A stretch of 64,000 nt of DNA from Vicugna vicugna (lineage: Eukaryota), in assembly GCA_013265495.1 (NCBI GenBank), contig MU058636.1:5553741-5617740 (forward strand). Direction: 5' to 3'. Positions within the stretch are counted from its first letter, which is position 1. Every line of letters begins with the position of its first letter. Below are positions 48,906 through 61,680 of this stretch, in pieces. The notes beneath the pieces were generated by a model. The model did not search any database. It saw only the letters and a program-made list of their open reading frames with translations, and was not told the origin of the DNA. The position numbers and the translations under genes were made by a program.

Positions 48906-50169
48906 TTTTCGCCTTCTAAGTAAACAAGTAACCTGGAACACCTATACGCATCTACATAAAAATATCCTTCTTTCCAACTACTATATTCAGCTGCATCTCT
49001 AACTTTAAACATACTGCCCACCATTAAAGAAGGTATGGAAAAGAAGCCATTCTATCACACCCGAATTCCATCTTTCAGTGATCATACCTTCCTCCTCACT
49101 GTTAGGTGTGCTTAAGAAATCCAAATCAAGGGTTTGGCTTGGCTCTTACCACATGGCAGGCTTCCTTGGGCAACATACTCCCAGGTTTGACTGCCTCCTA
49201 GCCCTATTTGCCTTGGCTTTCAGGTTTGTTTTTATAGACCAGTCCTGCCAGCTTTTAAGATTATACAAGATTATAGTGGCATATTTTATTTAATGCTTCA
49301 TTTTCTTTGTAAGAGTGGTTTTGGGTTTTAAAAAAACAAAATACCTTGTAAGTCTGATGACTTGTTCAGCTGAATATAGGCCAACAGAGAAGAATTGGGT
49401 CACCAAGTTCTGGACACACAACCCGGGAAAATGTCAGGAGTTGGATGGTCTACTCCTCCGTCTGGCCCCAGCTCAAGTAACTTCCTGAATGAATCCTAAG
49501 TGCTTTAAGAAATAAAAATCACTCTTAAGAACATGTTTTCTTCTGGGTATGGAAGAAACACTGATGATACTGGCTTTTAGGGAGCATCCTTTTCGTTTTG
49601 AATTTGAAAGCCACAGAAGAGTCAATAGTTTAAGGAAATGCCAATAAGAGATGAAGTATAGGAGATAATAATATAGTATCACTGCTTTTATCTGTGTTGT
49701 TGGAGGTTTGGGACTTTGCAACTGTCTACAAAATATAATTTAACATTGTCTTCAGACAAAAAAAAAACGCTTGTATAAACAATTTGCTGCGTGCTATAAT
49801 TTGAAAAAGAAAAGTATTTCCCAAAAATGAGGAATTAAAAAAAAAGGTGGGGATGGTAGTATTTTCAGTCCAGCTCTTTGGTCCTCAACAGCAGAAAAAA
49901 CAATGGCCTGAACTTGTCTTGGTTCTCTGCTCCTGCCAACCTCTGCATAAAGGTGCTGATGAGTAGTGAAAAGGATAAAAGGAATGTAGCAGGAAGAAGA
50001 AACTCAAAAAGCAAGGCTGATGAGTTTATGATGTGAAACCCACAAGCTAAACAGACAGTCCCTGAACAACTGAAAGATGATTTTTTTTCCCCTTGTGTTT
50101 AGTTAATGTCTTTTCTCCTAACTCAAACGGCTTCCGACTTACGGAGGCTGTAAATGTACTGGTGGGATC

Positions 50170-50518
50170 TTCTGCTCAGAGAGCTACAGCTCCTCTAGAT
50201 CCACCGTCTCCTTGGTGTTGAGGACATACTTCCTGCAGGCTGCTCCCACCCAGTGGGTGAGGTTGGTGGGGGTAATGATACACCCTTTCTAGCCAAAGGC
50301 AGGACACTCTGTATGGATGACTTTGTTCTAAGACTTCCCACTGGTCTGGCCAGACCTTTCTTGGAACTGCACTGTGGTCTGCACCTCCTCCTTCCCTCTC
50401 TCTTCCCACGGGGGTCAGACCTCCAACACAGTAGTTTCTCTGCTCCCTTTCTCAATAAAGCCTTTGCATATCTTATCCTACCACGGCATCTGCCTCTTGG
50501 CAGACATGAAATAAAATA
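50170..50518 (+). mobile_element. ERVL LTR, LTR41/LTR40-like
   Basis: gctgctcccacccagtg..., ggggtcagacct, caataaagcctttgcatatcttatcc...ggcatctgcctcttgg; resembles 12745-13212. Confidence 0.6.
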
Positions 50519-50744
50519 TTCATCTACTATCTTATTTTTGCTTCATGGTCATAAGCAGGTATTTATTTGCAGAAAAACCGAAACCAAGAAAGATTTAATA
50601 AACTTCCAAAAGAGATATAATAACTCAATAACCTATCTCACTCCATCTTAGGGGCTGAGGCTCCTGATTCCCCAGGGTCTTTCTATTGAATGCCTCCTAT
50701 ATGCCTGGCTCTGGACCTTATCTTAAGAATAAAGGGCACCTATT

Positions 50745-50955
50745 GAGTGACATGCTCAGATTTGTGATATAATAAGATCTTCCTGCTTCAAAGTGGAGAA
50801 AGAATTAAAGGGGAACAAGGCTGGATGAGAGGAGGCCAGTTTGGAGGCTGGTGCAGTCACCAAACAAGAGATAATGGTAGCATGTGTGAGAATAGTCCTG
50901 GTGTAGAAAAAAGAGGTGGGAAAATATTTAGCAGGGAAAATTGAGAAGATTTTAT
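50745..50955 (-). mobile_element. L2 fragment
   Basis: tgctcagatttgtg...ggaggccagtttggaggctggtgcagtcaccaaacaagagataatggtagc. Confidence 0.65.
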
Positions 50956-51519
50956 ATATATAAGCATATATTTTACTCTGGACTGAGCCCTGGGCTACAC
51001 TCTGGGAAGACAGGGAATGACAGACACATTTCAACTGTCCAGAAACATTTGACTGACTTCCATTCACAGATGTGTGTAAAGGAACTTTTTACTTTATGCC
51101 AGTCCCTTAAAGTCCAGAGACATAATGGAAAACAGGTGGGGAAAAAAAAATAACCCTCCACACCAGTAAAACAAGAAAGTGGCCATGTGCCGAAACCACA
51201 GACTATGACACGCAGAAGTCAGTTACAGTGGGAAGCTCTGCCAGAACCAGGCACGAAGAGCAGCGTCAAAGCTCAGACTCTGAGCAGGATGCAGACTTCT
51301 CCAAAACTGTATCACAATAGTGGACGGTCTGGCCTGTGATCCTCTGATTAGAACAATCAGTACGAGGAGAGTTTGGGGAAAGTGGGTGGGGGCTTGCGTG
51401 AGGTGTCGAACTGACATATCCGAGTCTGGATTTTGGGCCCCATTCTTTCGCCTGAAAGGGCCCCTCTGAGCAGTGAACTGCCTGCCCATATTTATTATTT
51501 GTTTTAATCTTGCAATTTT

Positions 51520-52810
51520 TTCCCCATTTTTACAGGTTTATTGATGTATAAGTGACATAGAATAAACCGCAAGGATTTAAAGCATACAATTTGGTAAATT
51601 TGGACATGTGAATATACTCATGAAACCATCATCACAATCAAGATACTAAACGCATCTGCCCTCCAGAAGTTTCCTCGTGCCCCTTTGTAATCATCATTCC
51701 CACCCTTTCTTGCCTCCCACCTCCAGTCACAGACAACCAATGATCTGCCTAATCCCACTATGGATTAGTCTGAATTCTTAAGTTTCATATAAATGGAATC
51801 TTGCATAATTATTTTTTCTGGCTTGTTTCACTTAATGTAATACATTTGAGATTCATCCACATTGTTTCATACATCAATAGTTTGTTCCTTTTTATTGCTG
51901 AGTAGTATTCCATTGAAAAGAGATACTATAATTTGTTATTCATTCTTCTATTGATGGACATTTAGATTGTTTGCAGTTTGGGGCTACATAAATAAAGCTG
52001 TTATGATCATTTGTGTACAATTCTTTGTATGGATATTTTCTTTCAGTGGAATGATGAAATTATAATGATAGGTAATGTTTAACTTTTTAAGAACTGCCAA
52101 GCTGTTCTCCAAAGTGTTGTGTCATTTTACATTCCCACCTGCATTGTATAAAAGTTCCAGTTAATCCACTTCCTTGCTAACACGTGGGATGGCCAGTCTT
52201 GTTTAATTTTAGCCAATTATAATAGGTGTGTAATGGTATTTAATTTTTTGTGGTTTTAATTTTCATTTCCCCTCAAAAAGAACAATGCTATGTTGCTTTT
52301 TCATGTGCTTATTTGCCATCTGCATACTTACTTTGATGAAATGTCTTTCAAATCATTTACCCATTTTTTTAAATGGTTGATCATTTTCTCATTATTGCAT
52401 TTTTCAGAGCTCTTCATATATTCTGGCTATAAGTCCTTTATCAGGTAAGTGATTCTGAAGATTTTCTTTCAGTCCATGGCTTATCTTTTCATTCTCTTAG
52501 TAGTGTCTTTTGAAGAGACATTCTTAATATTGAAAATGTCCAGTTTTGTAATAAATTATTTTTGGTGTCAATCTAAGAGGCATTTGCCTTACCCAAGGTC
52601 ATAAAGATTTTTTCTCTGTGTTTTATGCTAAAAGTTTTATAGTTTTGAATTTACATTTGTCTATGATCCCTTTTGAGATAATTTTTGTAAGTGGTGAGAA
52701 GTCTGGACCAAGGTTCATTTTTATTTTGCGTATGAGTGTCCAATCATCTCAGCACCATTTGCTGAAGAGACTGTCTTTTCTCCATCGAATTGCCTTTGCC
52801 CCTTTGTCTG
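51520..52810 (-). mobile_element. LINE-1 (L1MC/MD-like) 3' UTR and ORF2 3' region
   Basis: tttattgatgtataagtgacata...ttttacattcccacc...tctcagcaccatttgctgaagagact...gaattgcctttgc. Confidence 0.92.
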
Positions 52811-53049
52811 TCTTCTTTTGCATTACTTAATATTTTTATGATGTCATTTTATCTCCTTAGTTGGTTTATAAGCTGTACCTCTGACTTTTGTTGTCATTGT
52901 TGACTAGATTCTTAGTTCTTGCTTTGGGTTTTACAATTTACAGCTCTGACTGTCGGTCTGCCTTCCAGCAGTGTCACACCACGTCATGTATATAAAACCT
53001 ACAACACACATGCCGATTTTCCTCCTCCTTTTGGTTACATACATTTTAC

Positions 53050-53445
53050 TTCCACATCTGCATTTGGGTCGCTTCCAAGTTTTAGCAATTTTGAATAAAG
53101 CTGTTTTAAATATTCAGGTGCAAGTTTTGGTGGGACATAAATTTTTTATCCCTTTGGGTAAATATCAAGGAGCCCAATTGCTGGGTCATATAAGAGTATG
53201 TTTAGTTTTGTAAAAAAAAAAACTTTCAAGCTGCCTTTCAAGTGGCTGTACCATTTTCCATTCTCACGAACAATGAATAAAGGCTCCACTTCTCCACCAG
53301 CATTTTCTGTTGTCAGTGTTTTGCATTGTGGCCATGCTAATAGGCATGTAGTGGTACATGATTGTTTTAATTTGGATTTCCCTGATGACATATGATGTAG
53401 AGCATTTTCATATGCCTTTTTGACATCTGTATATCTTCTTTGGGG
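53050..53445 (-). mobile_element. LINE-1 ORF2 C-terminal fragment
   Basis: attgctgggtcatat...aagtggctgtaccatttt...tttccctgatgacatatgatgtagagca. Confidence 0.85.
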
Positions 53446-53449
53446 AGAT

Positions 53450-54563
53450 GTGCTTTATCTCCCTCCCCCTGAACTCTTCCTTGTGTGTTTCATTTTGGAT
53501 CGTTTTTATGTCTTCAGCTTCACTCACTGATCTTTTCCTCTGTAGTGTCTCAACTGCTATTAGTTCCATGCAGTGCATTTATTTTTACCTCAGACATTCA
53601 TTTCTAGAAGTTCATTTCGGATTTTTTTTTTTTAGTATCTTTTATGTCTCTACTTAACATGCTCAATCTTTCTTCTAGCTTCTTAACACACGCAATGTGG
53701 TTATAATAGAAGTTTTAATGTCCTTGTCTCAGAATTCTATCATCTGTGACATTTCTGGGTCTGTTTCTGTTTATTAATGTTTCTCCTCTTTATGAGTCAT
53801 ATTTTCCTGCCTCTTTGCATCCTTGGTAATTTTTAATTGGATACCAGTCTTTGTAAATTTTTCCCTGTTGAGTGCTGAATATTTTTGTATTCCTATAACT
53901 ATTCTTTAACTTTGTTCTGGAATGCAGCTAGATTAGCTCATTTTAAAGCTTTGTTATGTGGCAGAGCAGCCTTTTATCCTAGGGTTAATTTTTCCCCACC
54001 TTAAGCAATTCCCTTTGAGTGCCCTATTCAATGTCCTGTGAATTACAAGGTTTTTGTCTATGGATGACGAGAGCACAAACTATTCTCAGCCCCGGGCAAA
54101 CTCTGGGAGTGCTACTTCTAATCATTTCTGATGGTTCTTTCCCTGTTTGGGTAGTTTCTTCACTTGCATGTGCTGACTGGTACTCAGCTGCAGATTTGGG
54201 AAAACTCTCTACAGCTCTCTGGAGCTTTCTTTCTGTGTAGTTCTCTGTGGTCTGCCTTGAATTCTAGCTGATCCATCCTCCCTGCAGTCCCAACATTGTC
54301 TGAGTCAGGGAGACAGTCAAGCTCCTCTTGGATCACAGCCCCCTTCCTGCATCACAGCCTAGAAATTTTCCTCAGGCAATAAGCTGCGGTAATGATAAAG
54401 GTCACCTTGTTTGTTTCTCCTTTTCCAGGGTTCACTGTCCTGTGCTGCCTGATGTCCAACGTCTGAAGATCTTTGTTTTATATGTTTCATCTGTTTCTCC
54501 AGTTGCTTCAGGCAGGAGGGTATATCTAGCTCCTGTTGTTCTCTTATCTGGAAGTGGGAGTCC
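53450..54563 (-). mobile_element. Old LINE-1 5' region (L1M 5'-end type)
   Basis: Reversed ORF1/5' UTR-like sequence ending ...ttcaggcaggagggtatatctagctcctgttg...atctggaagtgggagtcc, resembling the L1M 5' terminus. Confidence 0.7.
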
Positions 54564-54619
54564 CAAATTGTTTTTGTGAAACTGTTTTCTATCTATCACC
54601 CATCTATCTGTCAAGAGAT
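54499..54619 (+). repeat. 121-bp direct repeat, copy 1 (probable source)
   Basis: Identical base for base to 55003-55123. Confidence 0.97.
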
Positions 54620-55002
54620 TAATGGAATGAAGGTCAACAATGTTAACAAAGGTTGTCTCTAGATCATGGGATTGGGATGATATGTTACGTCCTTCTTTGT
54701 GCCTTTCTGTTTCTTAATTTTTCATGCTGACAGTATATCACATTTACTTTAAAAAATAACCCATGGCTCCTTTCTCTAATAGAGCATTTCGTATGTCAAA
54801 CTTTTTTTTTAAAAAGGCATTAACAAGTATTTTTTCCCTAAAGCATCATGCAGAATAAACATTTTTAAAAATAGTGAAGAAAAAGAACAATATCTCTTTT
54901 GCTCTAAGCCAAAGTTGTCAATTCTATACTTTAAAATTGTGTTCTCTTACCCAAAATCTTGGAAATTTTAAGCCTGCTTAAGGACATAAATGTGTCTGAT
55001 AA

Positions 55003-55123
55003 CCAGTTGCTTCAGGCAGGAGGGTATATCTAGCTCCTGTTGTTCTCTTATCTGGAAGTGGGAGTCCCAAATTGTTTTTGTGAAACTGTTTTCTATCTAT
55101 CACCCATCTATCTGTCAAGAGAT
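55003..55123 (+). repeat. 121-bp direct repeat, copy 2 (probable derived)
   Basis: Identical base for base to 54499-54619. Confidence 0.97.
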
Positions 55124-55490
55124 ACTACCAGCAATGAAAAGGAATAAACTGTCAATAAATACATGCATCCCCAAATTGTTAGACTGACTGAAAGAAACCA
55201 GACAAAAAGAGCACATATTGCACAATTTCACATTTGTAATATTGTGATGGAATATTTGAATTTGCAATACTGGTTTCTGTTTCTGTTTGTCGGTGTTTGA
55301 GTGGGGATGACAGTAATGAAGGAAGGATGACAGAGGGGCTGAAGAAACTTTGGTGTGATGGATATGGTTGTTATCTTGGTTACGGGAAGGTGTCCTTGGG
55401 GTATACATATGTTAACGCTTATCAATTTGTACATTTTAAATATGTGCAGTTTATTGGATGTTAATTATACCTCAATAATGCTGATTACAA
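55124..55490 (+). mobile_element. L1ME-like 3' end fragment
   Basis: tactaccagcaatgaaaaggaataaact...aaccagacaaaaagagcacatattg...aaatatgtgcagtttattg...ttatacctcaataa. Confidence 0.8.
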
Positions 55491-55561
55491 AAACCATTTA
55501 TTTAAAATTTTTTGTAAGTCTGTGACATAAATCTCCTGCAAATCATACAGGAGAGGAAATT

Positions 55562-55770
55562 AGGATATATTGAGCACCTGCTCTGTGCTAGACAGTGCTA
55601 GGAGCTTGTATTAGGTTTTGTCATCTAATCTTCACTCCAGCCAGGTGAAACCGGTACTACAATTCCCATGATTTGCAAATGAGGAAACACAGGCTCAGGG
55701 AGATTAAGAGGCCCTCAGTGGGAACACTGACATTTGAATTAAGTCTTATTTCAGAGTTTTGCCTTTTTAC
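55562..55770 (-). mobile_element. MIR SINE
   Basis: tattgagcacctgctctgtgctagac...ttgcaaatgaggaaacacaggctcagggagattaag. Confidence 0.75.
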
Positions 55771-56229
55771 AGCGGTATGGACCCCTCAGCCTATTAGGAA
55801 TCCTAAGTATTATTTATACACGTAATTTTGTAATAATATTCTTGCTTATTATTTTTTTAATCAAGTTAGGTTATAAATTAGGCTTTTTATCCTAGATGAT
55901 TTTTACAAACTACTCAAGATTGAGATGAAATATTTGAATTTGTAATACTGGTTTTTGTTTGTTTCTGTTTGTCATGATATGCATGTTTTATATAAAATTG
56001 TAAAACTTAAGACAGATACACTTTGTAGAATGGCAAGTAGAATCAGAAATAAATACATCATTTAGAGAACATAACACGTCTATCCTCTGTTAAAATCCAG
56101 AATAGTTTGATCAGCAGCAATCTCCACGCAATTTTCTTTGTCATAAAATAGAACTACATGTTTTTCTCTTTGATTTTTTTCTTTGTATTGTAAACACACA
56201 ACCAACAGAAAAAAGACACAAACTTGAAC

Positions 56230-56710
56230 TTCTCTCTATATTAATACTTTCCAGCCTGCCTCCCACGCTTCTCTTTCACAAACCCAGACTGGGCAGACAC
56301 AGTCTGTTCCATCACCCATTTCTCTAGCCAAATATTCTGCCTTTTGCCTCTGAATTTGTATTTATATTACTCTTTCTTCCTGGAATGAAATCCACCTTAA
56401 AAACTTCAACATTCTTTAAAGATTTGTTTAATATCTCCTTCAGCCTGGTGTCTCCTGTTCATCCTGACCAGAAATGATAAGTTCCCTCTTCCCAATCCTT
56501 GCAATATTTATTGTCTGTACCATTCACTTAACCCTTAGAGATCACATAGCTCCTTATCAGTCTAGACAATACTTTCACTCTTTAGCATTTTATATTATTG
56601 GGGGCAGGAGTCCTGTCATGTACATCTTTGCCTCTCAAAGTGCTCATTTGAGAGTATCTTACTCTTGGTAAATAGTCAATACATATTTGGTGAGTAAATG
56701 AGTAAGTAAT
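56230..56710 (+). mobile_element. L2 3' fragment
   Basis: ttcttcctggaatg...gggggcaggagtcctgtc...acatctttg...agtcaatacatatttggtgagtaaatgagt. Confidence 0.5.
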
Positions 56711-56954
56711 TATTTTCAGGTTTCTAGAAGTGCCAAGAAAAGTTAGAAAAAGAAGGGATCAACTGTACAGAACTCACTATACTAATAGTCAGAGATCTGG
56801 GGTGTGCTAACACTGGCCTAGAGGTGCAAAGCAAAACAAACAGAAATGCATACGTGGACATTTTATGTTGCTGGATCCTCATGCAACATAGTGAGAACTA
56901 GAGTTTTATCCCTTTTGGGTGTTATGATATGTGTATGGTAATTAAGTATTAGAA

Positions 56955-57165
56955 GGTCAATGGTTACTGAAATAAATGGATCAAATGGTGTGATGTTTAG
57001 GATTTACTTCAAAATAAGCTAGTAAGGGGCTGAGACAGAATACTGATGAGAAAAACTAGATTGTTGATAATTATTGAAGCAGTGGGATGGATACATGGAG
57101 TTTTATTATACTAGTCTCTATAGTTTTATCTATATTTGGACATTTCAATACAATTTTTTAAATAG
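56955..57165 (+). mobile_element. L1ME-like 3' terminal fragment
   Basis: tgatgtttaggatttacttcaaaataa...ttgataattattgaagc...gatggatacatggagttttattatact. Confidence 0.65.
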
Positions 57166-57599
57166 TTATAATTAAAGCAATACAACATGTACAATGTACA
57201 AAGACATGTACATGCACAATGAAGGCCAAAATATTACGTCTCATACAATGAGTAGATTATTTTTACATACGTGTCCCTCCAAAATTTATTTGATCAAAGA
57301 TAACAGAAAAGGCCACAGTTGGAAGGAATCCGTTTCTGTGCTGCATTGGTTTTAGAGCCAATACCAAAATATTGGAGCCCTGTGCTGGTCTTATGCTCCT
57401 TTTGCATAATGACACTCCAAATATCTTTATTCATTAAAAAATGTGTTGAATGCCTACTGTGCGCTAAACCCACATTAGGTGATATGGTACCTGCCTGTGC
57501 AAAGCTCTGGTCTAGCAGGGATCAGATTATAGGTAGCCAATAAAACCTTGGGTTTTCCCCATGTTTGTAGAAATACAACCTCAAGCCAAAACTTTGTGA

Positions 57600-57990
57600 A
57601 TTATCCTTGGTCCCTCACTTTCCCTCATTCTGTATATCGAATATAACATCAAGTCCTGCCCATTCTACATTTCCTAATGTCCCAATTTTCCTCATCTATT
57701 CTCATTTCTACCACCTTCTTTTTTCTTGTGTTTATTTCTACCAATCATTATGATCTGTTGCCTGGATTATAGCAGTCTCTTAATTGGTCTTCTTGCTTCC
57801 ATTTTTTTTATTCCTATCAAACATGTTCCAACAGTATCTTAAAAAATATATACATCAGATGATGTTCCTCCCCACTGCCTAAAAGCCTCTAACAGGTTCC
57901 CATTGCATTTAGGATGGAACTAACAGAATCTGGTCTCTCTCTAACTTGAATTCATAATACTCTCCTTTCTACTCTATAGCAGACCTACTG
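57600..57990 (+). mobile_element. L2 fragment
   Basis: atcaagtcctgcccattctac...ttgcctggattatagcagtctcttaattggtcttcttgcttcca...ttcccattgcatttaggat. Confidence 0.65.
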
Positions 57991-59854
57991 GGCTGCCTGA
58001 AGAAATGACTGTGCTACACTACAGATGTGTTCCAGGTTGGCTGGGAAATAAAATCTGCCAATTGCCCTGTATATTACATATTATCTTTCCTGAAAAAATA
58101 CGACAGTGTGTTACTGGTTCTGCCATAACCAGATTACTATCAGCTGTTAGGTTAATTTAGCTGATATTGTTTTAAAAAAGAGAGTAAAATATAACTATAA
58201 AATTCTCCTATTGCTCCTAGCATAATTATGAAGTATTTTCAGATTTACAGCCTCAACATGATATCCATGAAATGAATGCAATTACTATTTATTTACACTT
58301 TATTATCTCTCACTAAGCTTTCATATATTTGCATATGAACATCACATGAAAGTTTAAAGGCTACATAGCAGTTAAATAGACCTCTCTAAGTGAGAATAGC
58401 AAACTATAAGCAAAAAGCCAACAAACAAGCTAACTAACCTAGAAAAGTAGCACAATAATATATCATTAGTTGGTATTTCTAAATTGCTTTCAAAGCAGAA
58501 AATGCAGCACAAAAATTAAGTACTCTAGGGACCAGAAGAAGGCTTCCACGAACTCAAAAGTCTTTTAAAGACCTAAATACAAATTTAAGACAATTCAAAA
58601 TGGAAACACATACTTGGCATTTCTTCCTGACCCCTGGTCTACATAATAGCAAAGGTAAAAATAAAAGTTTTCCCAAGGATAAAACTAATGTGTGGTTGGA
58701 TAGCAGATCCTTTTATTTTCCAAGAGGACACTGAACAGAAGGGAAATCCCATCCAGAAGTCTCCCTGGTTGGTGGACAACTGGAAGAACTCATACGGGAG
58801 GTTGATGGTAAAGTTACAGCCGTCTAAGCACAGAACAAGAACTTTCTTCTCAGGGCAAATGAGGGCACTTACTTAATCTGTCTCAGGCTGGATGTCTTTG
58901 GGTAGAATATTTAGGCTAAGGACATAGCAATAATAAATGGAAACCATTTGGAAGTAGGTAAGTAGGACGGTAGAATTCACCATGTGCCACACACTTAGAT
59001 AGAGACACGTACCCTGTACTATCTATTTTAATCTTCACATAAGTCCATTAGGCAGATGTTATTATGTCTCTACTTTTTGTATGGTAAATGTATTTGATAC
59101 TGTGTCTGAATTATATGTCTTGGCTTCCTCAATCTCTGGGACTGATGTAAGAGCATCTTTGTCCTGCTGTTTAAGGGAATGGTCAGTAAGATCTTTACGC
59201 TCCAGTCATCTTTTGGAAAATTCTAATGTTATCAGACTTTTGTTAGAGCAAAGTTGGTAGTAGAGGTGCCAAAAATAAGGGAAGTTAAAATTGACTCATT
59301 GCTTTTTAGCAATCATATTTATTCACAGGGATATAACCATTGGTTCTATGTGAATGACCCCCAAAGAAGCTATCACCAGCCTGAACTCTTCCCTCCAGCT
59401 CTAAACCTACATTTCCAAATTCCTGAAAGACTCTTCCAGGTGTATATTCTTCTTCTAATTCAATATTTTAAATGAGAATTCATAATTTCTCTTCCCATCC
59501 TACTTATCCTCCCTTGTGCCTAATTTATATTGAAGACACTGATAGGTATTTGAAACATTCTAATTCTCAGCTTTTATCTCTTACTGCAGTCTCCATCCAA
59601 TTAATCCACTGGTGTTTCTTTTAATACTGAGCAACCATCTGTTCTTTGCTCTCTGTAAGTAAAACTCACCAAGGGAAAGAGAGTAAAAGAGATATGGTAA
59701 CTTCCTGGACAAGACCTTCCCCACCTTTCCTTCCCAGTATTCCATAAAGGTGAGCTACCTGCTAACCAAGAACATATACCTCAGACTAACGTGTTAGGTA
59801 ATTATTTATTTGGGGGATCTATTTGTCATTGCAGCCCTACACTACCCTAACATA

Positions 59855-60082
59855 CATACTTACTATGTGTTAGGCACCGTGCGAAGCACTTGACATGGAT
59901 TATCTCATTTAATCCTCAGAATAATACTGTGAGGAATGTATTATTACTATTCTTTTCTTACAGAAAATAAAACTGGGACTTCAAGAAATGTGATTCAAGA
60001 AATATATGCTTCACAAGGTTCAGAAGTAGGATTCAGCCCAGGATTGCCTAATTCCAATGCCCATTTTCTTAACCAATACTAC
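59855..60082 (-). mobile_element. MIR SINE
   Basis: cttactatgtgttaggcaccgtgcgaagcacttgacatggattatctcatttaatcctca. Confidence 0.8.
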
Positions 60083-61680
60083 ATGATCTCTCTCATCTGT
60101 GAAAAACAAACTCCAATACTTTTAAGAATCAAAGTTGGGATGCCATGGTTTCTCTGTGTTTGGATCTTTTAAAGATACATTAGAGAGACTGTCACTTACG
60201 GAATCACTGAAAGCCTAGTTAATGTGGAATCCCCCTCACTCTGAGTATCGGTGAGAAGAATTATAAAGCTGGGATAACTTACATTTCATTCAACACATAT
60301 TTAAGGAACGGTTTTTACCAGGTACTTCCATAGACATTGGATGCATGACTGTGAAGCAAAGACGTTGGGGAAGAGATATTAGAGTAGAGGGGATAGAAAA
60401 ATTTAATAAATTAGTTGCACACAACAATCTGTGACATAACAAAAGCAGGCATTATTATCTTACATAATATAAGAAGAAACTGAGACATTTGTCTTAAGAT
60501 TAGTCTAATCTTATACAATGAGCTAACGACAGGGCCAGAAGTAGGACCCTGGTCACCTGACCATAAGCATCCTGACAAATCCATCCCAAGCAAGATGGAA
60601 GTGAGGGGAGATGATGTTCCTAAGACACCAGCTGTACTGTTTTGAAAGAGTCACTGTTAGGTTGATCTTAAAATATGCATAAGCTTTTTAGTCGAATGCT
60701 TCTGTTTTTTCATAGAAAAAGACAGAGTATGAAATTGCCTTCACCCTATAGTCACACAGAGAAAGGCAGAGATTTGCCTTCAGCAATGTGCTACAAAGAT
60801 CTTTCTGCATGACGCAAAAATTGAAACCAGCCTTGCAGGGCAGCAGCACCTGAGTCCTGTGGCTGCATTATAGCAACAGCTGAATCACAATATTTCATCC
60901 TTAGCTTCTAAGCACACAGATCAATTGAAGTAAATTCCCAAATCTTTTTTTATTTGCTGGGTTCACAATGCACGTTCTAATTCTAGAACGGGAAGGAATA
61001 CCTAATACTCCCTTAGAAAGTTCTTTCCATTCTAAAATATAACATGTGCATGGCTGTGTTTCAGAAGTAACTGATTACCAGAGTGGATGCATTTACCATT
61101 CAGTCGCATTAGCTCTCTGCTATTTTGGCTCCATGGGTAAAAAAAGGCATGTGACCATCTGATTTTATGCCTATCTGCAATGCAGACAAACGTATTTTCA
61201 TTTTTTAAAGCAAAACAAAATGACCTTCCTGAGAAGTATTCAAGGATCCTTTTGAAATAGACACAAATCTTTTGCAGCATTAATAAGCCAAGCAGCATTA
61301 GAGATACTTCTAACCTAAATTTACTATTTTCTACATAGCTGAAATAGGAAATGAAGTTAACTCTATAGGAAAAATATTCTTTCATTGTAGATATTTTATA
61401 TAAAGCCAGTTATTCAGAGAAAGATGCAATATCTATGTCTATCAGTTCATTTCTAAAATAAAAGCCTGGTGAATGAAATTAAATAGGATACTCACCTTTC
61501 ATCAAATTATAATACATATGGTGCCTATCTTTTTCACCTATAATCTCCTTGAGAGTGTGGATTTAGGCATTTTTTTTTGTCTGTTTGTTTACTTTTTACA
61601 AGTCTTCTTTTATTTAGAACTTTGCTATCAGGTTGTAATTATTTCTCCAAAATTCAGTTATAAAAAAGAAAATCACATGC

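Noticed and set aside
58520..58613. Minus-strand exon starting at 58572 spliced to the 25-nt exon
   Set aside because: The implied intron is only 41 nt, below the practical minimum for mammalian spliceosomal introns
61032..61385. 117-aa ORF / 106-nt exon (61330-61225) with a hydrophobic stretch
   Set aside because: The required donor AG|gtcatt is poor, no homology recognised, and the length is within chance expectation
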